Position numbers and translations under genes: made by a program. The notes under the pieces are model-generated. The model was not told where the DNA came from, did not search any database, and worked only from the letters and a program-made list of their open reading frames with translations. Source: Nitrospirota bacterium (GTDB lineage Bacteria > Nitrospirota > Nitrospiria > 2-01-FULL-66-17). Taken from it: a DNA stretch of 64,000 bases. How positions within the stretch are numbered: position 1 is the first letter of the stretch; each line of letters starts with the position of its first letter. Below are positions 19,286 to 31,301 of this stretch, in pieces. The stretch is from positions 1-64,000 of the forward strand of contig JBMOMC010000037.1 in NCBI GenBank assembly GCA_049325335.1. Direction: 5' to 3'.

Positions 19286-21205
19286 TCATTCTGGGGCCGT
19301 GGCCTGCGCGTCCAACGCTTCCCAACGCGAGTAACAGACTGCCAGTTCCTTGGTCACCTGCTCCAAACGCGTTAACGTCGCGGTCACGATCGCACTCGGT
19401 TGTTGATAGAATGCGGCTTGGCCCATCTTGGCGTGAAGCTGGACTTGCTCGGTTTCAAGCAGATCGATTTTATTCGGAAGATCATTGAGTTCTCGCTGCT
19501 CTTTAAAGGAAAGCTTCTTTGATTTCTCTCCGCGTTTTTCTCGGGATGGCGCGGTTGCTGGGACCGATGCGGAGACTCGTGTCAGGGATTCCGGCGCTGG
19601 CGTGGCCTTACCCTGCTGATAGCGCAGCCAGTCGCTGTAGCCGCCCACGTACTCGCCGATCCTGCCCGTGCCTTCGAACACCAATGTGCTCGTGACCACG
19701 TTATCTAAGAACGCCCGGTCATGGCTCACCAGCAGCAACGTGCCCTGGTATTCGAGCAGGACTTCTTCGAGCAATTCGAGCGTCTCCACGTCCAGGTCGT
19801 TGGTGGGTTCGTCCATGACCAGAAGGTTCGCGGGTTGGGTGAAGAGTTTCGCCAGGAGCAGACGGTTGCGCTCGCCGCCCGAGAGCGTGCTCACGGGCGA
19901 GCGCAGGCGGTCCTGGGGAAACAGGAAATCCTGCAAGTACCCGGTCACGTGTCGCGTGCGGCCGTTCACCGTGACCATCTGGTTCTCCGCGCCCACGCTG
20001 TCCATGACCAGGGCCTTGGGATCGAGCTGGGCGCGCTGTTGATCAAAATACGCGACCTGCAAGTTGGTACCGCGATACAACCGGCCGCTGGTGGGTTCGA
20101 GTTCGCCCACGAGGAGCTTGATCAGGGTGGACTTGCCCGCGCCATTGGGGCCGATGAGTCCGATTCGGTCTCCGCGCATGATACGCGTGGTCAAGTCCCG
20201 GATGACCACCGTGTCCCCATACGTGAACGTCACGCCTTCGGCTTCGAACACGAGTTGCCCGGAGCGCTCCGCGTCATCCAATTTGAGTTTGGCCGTGCCC
20301 ACCCGCTCGCGTCGTTGGCGTCGCTGCTCGCGCAAGGCCTCCAGCGCGCGCACACGGCCCTGGTTGCGGGTGCGGCGCGCCTTCACGCCCTGGCGAATCC
20401 ACACCTCCTCTTGCGCAAGCTTCTTGTCGAACAAAGCGTTGTGGTGCGCTTCGACTTCAATCGCCTCGGCTTTTCGGACCAGGTAGTCGTCGTAATTCCC
20501 GGGCCATGAACTCAGTTGCCCACGATCCAACTCTACGATGCGCGTGGCCAAGCGTTTGAGAAACGCGCGATCGTGGCTTACAAACAAAACCGCGCCCGCG
20601 TAGCCCACGAGGAAGTCTTCCAGCCAGGTGATGGATTCGATGTCGAGGTGATTGGTGGGCTCGTCCAGCAGCAACACGTCGGGCTGGCACACCAGGGCGC
20701 GCGCGAGCATGGCGCGCCGACGGCGCCCACCCGACAGGGTCTGGATCGCGGCCTCGCCGTCCAGGGCCATGCGTTCCAACACGTCTTGCACGCGCTGCTC
20801 CAACTCCCACCCGTTGTGGGATTCCAACTGGTGCTGGAGTTCGGAGAGACGCTGCACCGCGGCCTCACTGTGCGTGTGCCCCAGTTCCGCGGCCGTGTGA
20901 TGGTAGTCCGAGAGCAACCGGCCCGTCTCCGCCAACCCGGCCGCCACCACGTCGAACACGGTCTCATCGCTGTCCTGGGCCACGTCCTGCGCCAAGTGCG
21001 CGATGCGCGTGCCCGGCCTGACCCATACCGTGCCCGCGTCCGGTTTGACCTCCCCGCCCAGGATGCGCAGCAACGACGACTTGCCCTCGCCGTTTCTCCC
21101 GACCAAACACACCCGTTCCCCGCGCCGGACCTCCAGCGAGGCCCGTTCCAACAAGGGGCGTGGTCCATAGGCGAGCGAAACGTTATCGAGACGAATCAAC
21201 GGCAC
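19286..21205 (-). CDS. uup: ABC-F ATPase Uup
   Basis: Two ABC domains, EEVWIRQGVKARRTRN.GRV linker, KLSFKEQREL C-terminal domain. Confidence 0.95.
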   Translation of the reverse strand: MPLIRLDNVSLAYGPRPLLERASLEVRRGERVCLVGRNGEGKSSLLRILGGEVKPDAGTVWVRPGTRIAHLAQDVAQDSDETVFDVVAAGLAETGRLLSDYHHTAAELGHTHSEAAVQRLSELQHQLESHNGWELEQRVQDVLERMALDGEAAIQTLSGGRRRRAMLARALVCQPDVLLLDEPTNHLDIESITWLEDFLVGYAGAVLFVSHDRAFLKRLATRIVELDRGQLSSWPGNYDDYLVRKAEAIEVEAHHNALFDKKLAQEEVWIRQGVKARRTRNQGRVRALEALREQRRQRRERVGTAKLKLDDAERSGQLVFEAEGVTFTYGDTVVIRDLTTRIMRGDRIGLIGPNGAGKSTLIKLLVGELEPTSGRLYRGTNLQVAYFDQQRAQLDPKALVMDSVGAENQMVTVNGRTRHVTGYLQDFLFPQDRLRSPVSTLSGGERNRLLLAKLFTQPANLLVMDEPTNDLDVETLELLEEVLLEYQGTLLLVSHDRAFLDNVVTSTLVFEGTGRIGEYVGGYSDWLRYQQGKATPAPESLTRVSASVPATAPSREKRGEKSKKLSFKEQRELNDLPNKIDLLETEQVQLHAKMGQAAFYQQPSAIVTATLTRLEQVTKELAVCYSRWEALDAQATAPE

Positions 21206-21241
21206 GTGTGCACTGGAAGCCTGATCACGGAGGTCAGGAGC

Positions 21242-22393
21242 TCACCCCTTCTTGCGAACCGCGATCCCGTGCGGATCGTTGGGCGACTCGGCGCTCTGAT
21301 CGCCGATCGGGATGATGAATTCGCGTTTGGCGGACTTGCCCCCGTCCTGAACCGACAACACGCTGACCCCCGGGGTCTTCCCCGCCATGTCGTGCGTGCC
21401 GGTGGCGGGTTTGGGACCACGCAGCGTCACGAACATGCGGTCCCCGCCCGGCGAGACGTCCAGGAGATCCGGGGCATCGCCCACGCCGTCGATCTTGCCG
21501 ACGACCTTCCCTTCGGCGCTCAGCACCGCGACATTGTCGTCCGATCGATTCGCCACCCACACGTGGCGGCCCGCCAGGGCGACCCCGTGCGCGTCGCGCC
21601 CGGTCTCCGTCAACGCGGTCGAACCGATCAGCGCGTCCTTGGAGGCATCGAACACGTAAAATTTGCCGCCCGACTCCGAGCCGGAGTTGGCGTACATGCG
21701 TGTGCCGTCCGCGCTCCGCAACGTGCCGCACCCGTTGGCCTCGATGCCGTCTCGAACCTTACCGAAGGCCTTGGTCACCTTGGCCGGGGCGGCCTGATCC
21801 GCGGGGAAGACTACCACCGCGATGCCCCCTCCGCGCAGGGTGACGTAGGCTTTGGACGAATCCGCCGTGAACATCAGGCAGATCGGCGCGCGATCCGGAA
21901 ATTCCACGGCATCCGCCAACTCGGGCGCCTGCTCCAGATCGAGCGCCCGTCCGAGCTTGAACGCGCCCTTGCCGTAGTCGGTCACGATCTCGGTCACCTT
22001 CTTGTCGTTCTGATTCGCGACCAATGCGCGCGCCCCGTCGGGCGACGGCAGCGCGGCGTGCGCCTGTTGCCCGAGGTCTTCATTGAAGACGACCTTGCGG
22101 TCGGACGCGCGCATGATGTAGACGTGGCCCGACGCCACGTTGGCGATCAACGCATAGTCATGTTTCGGCGAGAACAGGACCATGTGCGGCTTGGTCCCGC
22201 CCAGCGGCGCTAGATCCACGCGTTCGGGTTGCGCCTTCGCGTTCAGCTTGGCCCCGTCGTAGATGAGCAATGCGTTCGCGCCCTGGTCGAGCACCCAGAG
22301 CTCGTACGCGGTCTGGGCGCCTGCAGCGCCTGCCCAGGCGATCCACCCGAACGCGAACACCGAGAACATCAGAAGAGCAGATTGACGTGTCAT
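21242..22393 (-). CDS. Secreted YncE/YVTN-like beta-propeller protein
   Basis: Signal peptide; repeated PH/SPDG/VAN blade motifs. Confidence 0.8.
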   Translation of the reverse strand: MTRQSALLMFSVFAFGWIAWAGAAGAQTAYELWVLDQGANALLIYDGAKLNAKAQPERVDLAPLGGTKPHMVLFSPKHDYALIANVASGHVYIMRASDRKVVFNEDLGQQAHAALPSPDGARALVANQNDKKVTEIVTDYGKGAFKLGRALDLEQAPELADAVEFPDRAPICLMFTADSSKAYVTLRGGGIAVVVFPADQAAPAKVTKAFGKVRDGIEANGCGTLRSADGTRMYANSGSESGGKFYVFDASKDALIGSTALTETGRDAHGVALAGRHVWVANRSDDNVAVLSAEGKVVGKIDGVGDAPDLLDVSPGGDRMFVTLRGPKPATGTHDMAGKTPGVSVLSVQDGGKSAKREFIIPIGDQSAESPNDPHGIAVRKKG

Positions 22394-22552
22394 ACTCCCC
22401 TCCTGGTAAGAAGACCTATCAGTTTGGGTATCCTCGGCGACGGTATCCTCGTTGCTCCGCCGGGGACCAACCGCATTCGGACCAGGTCGGTGCGCGACCC
22501 GCGCTTGTGGCGCGAGACCGTCGTGATGCGGAACGCAGGAGGCGGGACCGCG

Positions 22553-24235
22553 TTACGACCTGACCCGCGTGATCGCGCCTTCCGAAGCCGAGCCGACCAT
22601 GCCGGCGTATTTGGCGAACACGCCGGTCTTGTAGCGCGGCTCAGGGGATTTCCAAGACTTCAAGCGATTCTTTAACTCGTCGTCCGGGACTCCCACGTCC
22701 AGCCGGCGCTTGGTGATGTCGAACGTGATCATGTCCCCTTCGCGCACCGCGGCGATGGGACCGCCGACCGCGGCTTCCGGCGCCACGTGGCCCGCCATCA
22801 AGCCCTTGGTCGCGCCGGAGAATCGGCCGTCGGTCAGCAGGGCCACGCTGTTGCCCAGGCCCTCGCCCACGATCGCGGCGGTCACGCCCAGCATCTCGCG
22901 CATGCCGGGTCCGCCCCTGGGGCCTTCATAGCGGATGACGACCACGTCGTTCTCGCGAATCTGACGCTTGGTCACGGCCGCCATGGCATCTTCCTCCCGA
23001 TCGAACACGCGGGCCGGACCGCGGTGCAGCAGGCGCTCATGACCCGCGACTTTCACTACGCAGCCTTCAGGCGCGAGGTTGCCCTTGAGGATCACCAGCC
23101 CGCCGGTTGGCTTGAGCGGCTTGTCCACCGGCGTCAGCACCACCTGGCCAGGGGTTTCCACCGCGCCCGCGGCTTCGTCCGCAATGGTCCGGCCGGTGGG
23201 CGTCAATTGCGCGCCGTCCAGGAATCCGGCCTTGACCAGACGTTGCGCGACTAATGGGATGCCCCCTGCGCGGTCCAGATCCGCGGCCACGTATTTCCCT
23301 CCGGGCTTTAAGTCCGCGATCAACGGCGTGCGGGCGCTCACGATGTCGAAGTCGTCGATCGTCAACGGAATGCCTGCCTCGCGCGCCATGGCCAGCAGGT
23401 GCAGGACGGCATTTGTCGAGCCTCCGGTCGCGGCCACGGACGCGATCGCGTTCTCGAACGCCTTGCGGGTGAGGATCTTGCTCGGCCGCAAATCGCGCTG
23501 CAACATGTCCATCACGATGTGACCGACTCTGATCCCGACCTGTTCCTTGCGAGGGTCAATCGCGGGCACGCTCGCCGTGTTCATCACCGACAGGCCGATG
23601 AACTCCATCACCGTAGCCATGGTGTTGGCCGTGAACTGCCCTCCGCACGCACCCGCGCCGGGGCAGGCCGAGTCTTCGAGCATTTTGAGGTCCGCGTCGC
23701 TCATGCGGCCCGCCGCGTTCGCGCCCACGCCCTCGAACACGTCCTGAATGGTCACGTCCTTGCCATGAAACTGCCCCGGCTGGATCGACCCGCCGTAGAG
23801 CACGATCCCTGGCGTGTCGAGCCGGATCAACGCCATCGCGCCGGCCGGAATGGTCTTGTCACACCCCACCAGGACGATCATGGCGTCAAACAAGTAGCCC
23901 CGGCCCATGAGCTCGATCGAATCCGCAATGACCTCGCGGCTGATGAGCGAGGCCTTCATGCCCTCGGTGCCCATGGTCACGCCGTCGGACACGGACACGG
24001 TGTTGAACTCCATGGGCGTGCCGCCCGCCTCGCGGACTCCGCGTTTCACGTGCTGGGCCAGATCGCGCAGGCCGTAGTTGCACGGCATGGTTTCGGTCCA
24101 GGTATTGGCAATGCCCACGATGGGACGGGCCAAGTCTTTATCGGTAAAACCGATGCCCTTGAGCATGGCGCGGGCCGGGGCGCGATCGCGGCCATTGGTG
24201 ATGGCGCGGCTGCGGGATTTGGGATCAACGGACAT
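22553..24235 (-). CDS. ilvD: Dihydroxy-acid dehydratase
   Basis: [35 protein letters not shown]. Confidence 0.98.
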   Translation of the reverse strand: MSVDPKSRSRAITNGRDRAPARAMLKGIGFTDKDLARPIVGIANTWTETMPCNYGLRDLAQHVKRGVREAGGTPMEFNTVSVSDGVTMGTEGMKASLISREVIADSIELMGRGYLFDAMIVLVGCDKTIPAGAMALIRLDTPGIVLYGGSIQPGQFHGKDVTIQDVFEGVGANAAGRMSDADLKMLEDSACPGAGACGGQFTANTMATVMEFIGLSVMNTASVPAIDPRKEQVGIRVGHIVMDMLQRDLRPSKILTRKAFENAIASVAATGGSTNAVLHLLAMAREAGIPLTIDDFDIVSARTPLIADLKPGGKYVAADLDRAGGIPLVAQRLVKAGFLDGAQLTPTGRTIADEAAGAVETPGQVVLTPVDKPLKPTGGLVILKGNLAPEGCVVKVAGHERLLHRGPARVFDREEDAMAAVTKRQIRENDVVVIRYEGPRGGPGMREMLGVTAAIVGEGLGNSVALLTDGRFSGATKGLMAGHVAPEAAVGGPIAAVREGDMITFDITKRRLDVGVPDDELKNRLKSWKSPEPRYKTGVFAKYAGMVGSASEGAITRVRS

Positions 24236-24346
24236 GGGTGCAAACTCCTTGGTCAGTGCGTGAGATCAGGCCATCAATGTGGGAGGATCATACCAAAGCC
24301 GCACGCTGGGGTGAAAGAGGGCCGCGCGGACGGCGGCCGCACGGGG

Positions 24347-25183
24347 TCATGGGATTCGACCGGATTTCATGGTGTTGACCGTGAATATGCGGTCGCTCAA
24401 TCCCGTGTTCACCGCCACATTGCTCAGTTCAACCACCGTATGGCCCGGAGGATCCGCGGCGCGGACTTCTACCCGCTCCCACACCCAGGCGCCGCCGACC
24501 TGTTGCCACTCGATCGATTGCGTCTGGTCAACCCGCCCACCCGGCCCGCGGTACTCGATTTTCGCGATGGTCCAATTCACGGGCGACACCCAAAACCGCC
24601 GGAGCGCGTTCGGTTCCCCGTCAACGCGTTCATCAACGATGACGTACTCGACGCCGCCGAGCGGCTCGCGCCCGGCCACTGACCGTGCGGCCTTGCCCAA
24701 GAGGCGCGTGCCCAGTTGTTCAAACCCCAGCAGCATGTCGGTGTTGCGTTTGGGGCGCTGGACGTCCTGTCCGGCGATCGTGATCCGGAGCGCCTGGCGA
24801 AGGTCCGGCAAATAGAGCCACGCCTGCGAATCCCCAGCGCGTTCCGCCTGCCGAAGCAAAAACCCCTCGCCTTTGCGGTTCAGGGGCGCCTGCGTGACCA
24901 ACAATGTCAGCCCGAGCAGACCGTCTTTCCCACGCTGATTTTTCCAATACAGTCGCAGCGCGGTGCGCCCGTCCCCGTGCGCGCCCGTCGACCGGATTTC
25001 CACGTCCGCGGTTTCGTCGTCGATGGCGTTGTCCTGGCCTCTGACCAATCGCACAATGTCATCGATACTGGGGTCCTGCCCCCATCCGATTACGGGCCCT
25101 ACGACGACCGCGACGATGATCAGCCCGGTCAGAGCGCCCGCGCGTGCCGTCTCTCGAATAATGTTGCATCCCGAGCGAATCAA
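24347..25183 (-). CDS. LolA-like outer-membrane lipoprotein-sorting protein
   Basis: Signal region, P...KG..FL, WLYLP.L...RI, N.GL.D..F. Confidence 0.7.
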   Translation of the reverse strand: MIRSGCNIIRETARAGALTGLIIVAVVVGPVIGWGQDPSIDDIVRLVRGQDNAIDDETADVEIRSTGAHGDGRTALRLYWKNQRGKDGLLGLTLLVTQAPLNRKGEGFLLRQAERAGDSQAWLYLPDLRQALRITIAGQDVQRPKRNTDMLLGFEQLGTRLLGKAARSVAGREPLGGVEYVIVDERVDGEPNALRRFWVSPVNWTIAKIEYRGPGGRVDQTQSIEWQQVGGAWVWERVEVRAADPPGHTVVELSNVAVNTGLSDRIFTVNTMKSGRIP

Positions 25184-25602
25184 TCGCCGCCTTTCAACGT
25201 GTCCGCGTCGTAATCAAGCGCGTCGTCCGCCTGCTCGCCCAACCCGGAGCGAAACGACCGTTCCATAGCGCGAAGACGCGCGAGGCGTTCATCATCCCCG
25301 TCCGAGTCGCGCCGGAGCAGCGCCCGGCACAAGGCCAACCCCCGTTGGAAATGCTCCGCCACCGTCTCATCCATCAGATGGCTCCAGGTCGTATACACCA
25401 GAAACTCGCAAAACGCCGCGGCCTCGGGATGCCGCGCGCCGATCGCAACCAACTCCCGATATGCCTCCGACGCCTCGTCCCCCACGCCGCCAACGAACCG
25501 CTCCTGCGCCGCGATCGCCGCGTCGAGATCTTCACCCAACTCCGTGGACTCCCGCACGCGACAAAACACCTGCCAGGCCACGATCGCCGGATCAAAATTC
25601 AT
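25180..25602 (-). CDS. Hypothetical protein
   Basis: 140-aa acidic ORF whose stop overlaps the next start. Confidence 0.65.
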   Translation of the reverse strand: MNFDPAIVAWQVFCRVRESTELGEDLDAAIAAQERFVGGVGDEASEAYRELVAIGARHPEAAAFCEFLVYTTWSHLMDETVAEHFQRGLALCRALLRRDSDGDDERLARLRAMERSFRSGLGEQADDALDYDADTLKGGD

Positions 25603-25683
25603 CGTCGAATCCTCTCATCATGTCGATGACGTCACCAGGCTCTCGCGGCGGGCTTTCGCCGGCGCCTGCGTCCACCGGAACGG

Positions 25684-26589
25684 TTACGTCCTCCGCCCCA
25701 CCGATGAATCCAGGAGACTCCGGATACCCTCGTTCAGCGGCCCCGACACGTCAATGGCGTTGGTCAGATGCGGCACGGTGTTGCAAGTGATCACGGCGCG
25801 ACACCCCGTCGCGATCAGGGATTCGTACGCCTGTCCTGAAAACACGGCGTGCACGGCCAGGCACACCGGCGCGGCCAACCCCTGACCGAGAACGAGTCGC
25901 GCGGCCTCGGCCAGGGTGGATCCGGTGGAAATCACGTCGTCGATGAGGACCGGCGCGCGATCGCGGTACTCGCGCAGGTCCGGAGCCTCCAGACGAACCT
26001 CGCGGTCGCCCGCGCGCGTTTTGGCCAAGACCGCGTATGGCGCGTTCACCGCGTTCGCCACCGCGTGGACCCACTGGGCGCTCTCGGCATCGGGGCCGAT
26101 CAACACGGGCGCGGGAACCTGGCGCGCGATCCATTGGGCCAACAGCGGCGCGGCGGTGACGACGCGGCTCGGAATCGTGTACACCTCGTCCAACGAGCCG
26201 TACCGGTGCAGGTGCGGGTCCACGGTCACCAGCCAATCCACATGCGACGAAAGCACCCGGGCGCAGTACCGCGACGTGACGCCCTCTCCCGTCTGAAACC
26301 GCGCGTCCTGCCGCATGTACGGCAAATACGGCGCGACCAGGCCGATACGCCCCGCGCCCAAATCCTTCGCCGTGGCCGCGACCCACAACAACGGCGCTAA
26401 CTTTTCATCGGGTCCCGCCAAGTTCGCCACGATCACAACGTCTCGACCGCGCACCTCGGTCTCAAAACGGACGTACGTCTCGCCGTCGGGAAACCGCCGA
26501 AGCGTGATCGTTGCGGGATCACCCGCGATCGCGGCCACCTGCGCGGATAACTCGGGCAGGCCGAGGGACACGATTACCGGACGCACCAT
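25684..26589 (-). CDS. prs: Ribose-phosphate pyrophosphokinase-family protein
   Basis: FPDGE, PYL.YMRQD, VDPHLH, GPD, IDDVISTGST. Confidence 0.88.
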   Translation of the reverse strand: MVRPVIVSLGLPELSAQVAAIAGDPATITLRRFPDGETYVRFETEVRGRDVVIVANLAGPDEKLAPLLWVAATAKDLGAGRIGLVAPYLPYMRQDARFQTGEGVTSRYCARVLSSHVDWLVTVDPHLHRYGSLDEVYTIPSRVVTAAPLLAQWIARQVPAPVLIGPDAESAQWVHAVANAVNAPYAVLAKTRAGDREVRLEAPDLREYRDRAPVLIDDVISTGSTLAEAARLVLGQGLAAPVCLAVHAVFSGQAYESLIATGCRAVITCNTVPHLTNAIDVSGPLNEGIRSLLDSSVGRRT

Positions 26590-26726
26590 GGCTCCTCGAT
26601 ACCCACCCCGTCGGGCTGCGCGCCCGACGCCCGCTCCTCATCACACGACGGTTGATTGACCAACCCGAATCCCCCTCGTTATACTTTTCGGGCCATTGTG
26701 GGCCCACACTTTCCAGGCATCCACTG

Positions 26727-27431
26727 ATGGACGAAACTGCAATCGGCATCTTGCTCGCCGAAGCCGAGTCGGCGGATATCGACGTCATCCGTCGATCCCT
26801 TATCGGCGGATCCATACACAATCCCCTGGTCGTCGCGCGGGACGGACAAGCGGCCCTCGATCTTTTGCGCGCTCGGTCCCACGAATTCGGCGTCGCCATT
26901 CTCGACATCCACCTCCCAAAGGTCGGCGGACTCGACGTCCTCCCCGAGGCCAAACGCCTCGACCCCGAGCTTGTCGTCATCATGCTGACCGGGAGAGCCT
27001 CGGTTCACACCGCGGTGCGGTCGCTGCGCCGCGAAGGCGCCTTCGACTACGTCCGAAAATCCAAAGGACATCTGCCGAATCTGGTGGAAGCGGTCCGTCT
27101 GGCGATCACGAAACGCGCCCTCAACCGGCATCACCCGTGGACTCCTTCGTCCGGCGGCGGTCACGAACGCATGGGGCATCGGCGCCTGCTCCAGGAACGC
27201 CTCCATCTGTCGAATCGAGAATGGGACGTCATTATCTGCCTGTGTCGCGGCGACACGAACAAGGAGATCGGCGCGCGCCTCTTGATCAGCGACCTCACGG
27301 TCAAAGGATACCTCAAACAGATCTACAAAAAAATGGGCGTCCACACCCGCGCCGCAGCGGTGTCAACCGCGTTGGCGCACACACCGCCGCCGGCCGACTC
27401 CATCGGCGTGACGCGCCCATTGCCCGCATAG
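26727..27431 (+). CDS. NarL/LuxR-family response regulator
   Basis: Receiver (LDIHLP, GAFDY) plus LS.RE..V...G.TNKEI...TVK helix-turn-helix. Confidence 0.88.
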   Translation: MDETAIGILLAEAESADIDVIRRSLIGGSIHNPLVVARDGQAALDLLRARSHEFGVAILDIHLPKVGGLDVLPEAKRLDPELVVIMLTGRASVHTAVRSLRREGAFDYVRKSKGHLPNLVEAVRLAITKRALNRHHPWTPSSGGGHERMGHRRLLQERLHLSNREWDVIICLCRGDTNKEIGARLLISDLTVKGYLKQIYKKMGVHTRAAAVSTALAHTPPPADSIGVTRPLPA

Positions 27432-27608
27432 GAACGCGTGCAACCGCACATATACATCGAAAAAGACCGCCGCCCGGCGTGATATCGTCGGAGTCCGGGA
27501 GGTTTCCGGGAGTCGGTAACCGTACCCAATGCGGGGGGGGGCACGTTGTTCGCACAATCGAGGTGACGCGGCAGGAGGGGTGCGCGGTATCCTCTTGATA
27601 GATACGGT

Positions 27609-27686
27609 TGGTGTCCCCAACGGGATTTGAACCCGTGTTATCGCCGTGAAAGGGCGGTGTCCTAGGCCGGGCTAGACGATGGGGAC
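27609..27686 (-). tRNA. tRNA-Glu(TTC)
   Basis: GTCCCCATCGTCTAG...CTTTCAC anticodon loop...GGTTCAAATCC...GGGGACACCA. Confidence 0.97.
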
Positions 27687-27766
27687 GCAACCTCGCTTGC
27701 GGAACCGAACGGAGGGCCAGGTTTCCCGGCCCGAGGCTCGGAGAGGATCTTGTCCTGCTATAAATT

Positions 27767-27842
27767 TGGTGAGCCGCCTGGGCCTCGAACCCAGGACACC
27801 CGCCTTAAAAGGGCGGTGCTCTACCAACTGAGCTAGCGGCTC
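27767..27842 (-). tRNA. tRNA-Lys(TTT)
   Basis: GAGCCGCTAGCTCAGTTGGTAGAGC...CTTTTAA anticodon loop...GGTTCGAG...GCGGCTCACCA. Confidence 0.97.
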
Positions 27843-27890
27843 ACACTCCGTCAAAAGGTGGCGGATCGTATCAAAGGGGCGTCGAACGTG

Positions 27891-29240
<1,350 letters not shown>

Positions 29241-29347
29241 TCAGGGCTGCGTGTCGTCTGTAAGCGACGGTATGTTGCCTTGCGCCGCCTCCTAAAGTCA
29301 AGGCGCGGAGCCTCGTTCAAGGCTCCGCGCACCGCAAACGGCCGGGC

Positions 29348-29386
29348 AAAAAAAACCGGCGCGGATCGGCTCACCGATCCGCGCCG
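29348..29386 (-). terminator. Intrinsic terminator of the peroxidase/cupredoxin operon
   Basis: 13-bp perfect stem cggcgcggatcgg/ccgatccgcgccg, then T8 on the minus strand. Confidence 0.85.
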
Positions 29387-29409
29387 CTCGAGACACCTCG
29401 GACACGCCG

Positions 29410-30039
29410 TTAGTGCGCCGACGCCACCGCGACACCGGCATCAACGTCCGCCGTCAACGTAAAGTCCATGTTGACGGTTTTATCGCCGCTGAGGCTCACG
29501 GTCTTGGTCATGGTGGCGGTCGGGCTGGCCCACGCCTTCACCGTATATTCGCCGTCCGGGACATTGGCAATCGCGAAGCTGCCGTCCGCGCCCGTGGTCG
29601 CAAAATACGGGTTGTCCAACACCAGAATGAACCCGTGCATATGGCTATGAATGTGACAGAACAATTCCACCACGCCGGGGTTCTTGAACACCACGAACTT
29701 CTCGCGGCCCTTTTGATACAACCCCAAATCAAAGGGGTTGGACGGGGAAATTGAAAACGCGCTGTGGAACACCGAATCGCTGTTCGGGAAGTCCACCGTG
29801 GTTCCCTTCAACACCGCCATGACGTTCGGCGCAAACTGCAGGTTGATGTGATTCATCTCCGGACGTTTGTCCGGCGCCTTGAACGCGCCGTTCACACCCT
29901 CCAGATACACCACGATATTCGAGGCGCCCTCCTTCCCCGCCACGCGCGCCTTCCCGCTGACGGTGCCCGCCTCCGCCGCCTGCGCCGCCGCCAACACCAC
30001 CGCCGCCAACACTCCTGCCATTCCGTACCCGCGTTTCAT
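29410..30039 (-). CDS. Secreted cupredoxin-like protein with a carboxypeptidase-regulatory-like domain (MauL-like)
   Basis: Signal peptide; FPNSD.VFH; CHIH..M; NPYFA..G.F.I..VP.G.Y. Confidence 0.8.
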   Translation of the reverse strand: MKRGYGMAGVLAAVVLAAAQAAEAGTVSGKARVAGKEGASNIVVYLEGVNGAFKAPDKRPEMNHINLQFAPNVMAVLKGTTVDFPNSDSVFHSAFSISPSNPFDLGLYQKGREKFVVFKNPGVVELFCHIHSHMHGFILVLDNPYFATTGADGSFAIANVPDGEYTVKAWASPTATMTKTVSLSGDKTVNMDFTLTADVDAGVAVASAH

Positions 30040-30068
30040 CACAAGGCCTCCTTGTCTATATTGTCCCA

Positions 30069-31175
30069 TCACGACCGTGGCGGAAGTTGCGGAGGAACGA
30101 TCTGGGGCAAATCACCCGTGAGTGTATTGAGGAACGCCACCAGGTCCTTCTGCTCCGCGTCGGTTAAGTTGAGCGGAATGATCTTGGGGCTCTTATTCGA
30201 ATGCGAGCCGCCCCCCTTATTGTAAAACGCCACCACCTCATCGAGTGTTTCGAACACGCCGGTGTGCATGTACGGCGCGGTCATCGAAATGTTCCGCAGC
30301 GAGGGCACTTTAAACGCGCCCTTGTCTTTCGGATCTTTGGTGACTTCAAAGCGCCCATGGTCCTCGGCCAGCGGCCCCTCTTGCGGAACCCCGAGGTTTT
30401 GGAAGCTGCTGTCCGTGAAGTTCGGGCCGTTGTGGCACTGCGTACACGCAGCCTTGCTGATAAACATAGTCAATCCGCGTTTTTCTTGATCGGTCAGGGC
30501 CTTCTTGTCACCCTTGGCGTATCGGTCAAACTTCGACTCGCCCGTCACGATGGTGCGCTCAAACGAGGCGATAGCCATCCCAATGGTCTTCATGCTAGGG
30601 GGACCGCCGAAGACTTCCTTGAACTTCTCGCTGTAGAAGGGGATGCTCGTCACTTCACTGATCATCTGCTTGGGATCCGAGTTCATTTCCCGCGACGCGA
30701 CGATCGGGCCGGTCGCCTGATCTTCCATGGTCGCAGCCCGTCCGTCCCAAAACTGCGCCGTGTTGTACGCGATATTGATGACGGTCGGAGAGTGCCGCCC
30801 CAGTTCCTTCTCATCCCCAAAGCCCAACGAACGGGGCAATCCGTCGCTGTATCCGAAACTCGGACTGTGGCAGGTCGCGCACGACCAGTGGTCGTTCGCC
30901 GACAACCTGGGATCGAAGAACAGCATCTTGCCCAACTCGATCTTGGCGGGCGTCTGCGGGTTGTCCGCTGGAATCGGAACCGCCGGCAACGGCCCCAAGT
31001 CTCCGGGAAGCGCTGTCATTTGATCCAATGTGGATAGAGAAATCAGCGCTCGGCGCGCTTTTTTGACCTTCGAGTCGCCCACCGACTCCGCCTGAAGCAC
31101 CGACGACATCGCCACAACGGACGCGATGAGTCCCGCGCCACCGACGAACCATTTCCCCATTGTTCGTGCCTTCAT
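30069..31175 (-). CDS. Diheme cytochrome c peroxidase/MauG-superfamily protein
   Basis: LG..LFFD.RLS, CATCH, QFWDGRA, CTQCH, FKVPSLRN...APYMH.G. Confidence 0.93.
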   Translation of the reverse strand: MKARTMGKWFVGGAGLIASVVAMSSVLQAESVGDSKVKKARRALISLSTLDQMTALPGDLGPLPAVPIPADNPQTPAKIELGKMLFFDPRLSANDHWSCATCHSPSFGYSDGLPRSLGFGDEKELGRHSPTVINIAYNTAQFWDGRAATMEDQATGPIVASREMNSDPKQMISEVTSIPFYSEKFKEVFGGPPSMKTIGMAIASFERTIVTGESKFDRYAKGDKKALTDQEKRGLTMFISKAACTQCHNGPNFTDSSFQNLGVPQEGPLAEDHGRFEVTKDPKDKGAFKVPSLRNISMTAPYMHTGVFETLDEVVAFYNKGGGSHSNKSPKIIPLNLTDAEQKDLVAFLNTLTGDLPQIVPPQLPPRS

Positions 31176-31301
31176 ACTCGCTCCTCCATGGATGACGGAC
31201 CACGACCCGACCCAACGGGCGATAAAGATAACAGCCGTCGTATTGCTGTCAAGAACTTCGCGGAACGCGACGGCGTGTGATTGGGGAAACCGGCAAACTC
31301 G

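Noticed and set aside
24300..27608. Genomic island integrated at tRNA-Glu
   Set aside because: No integrase and no duplicated tRNA 3' end was found.
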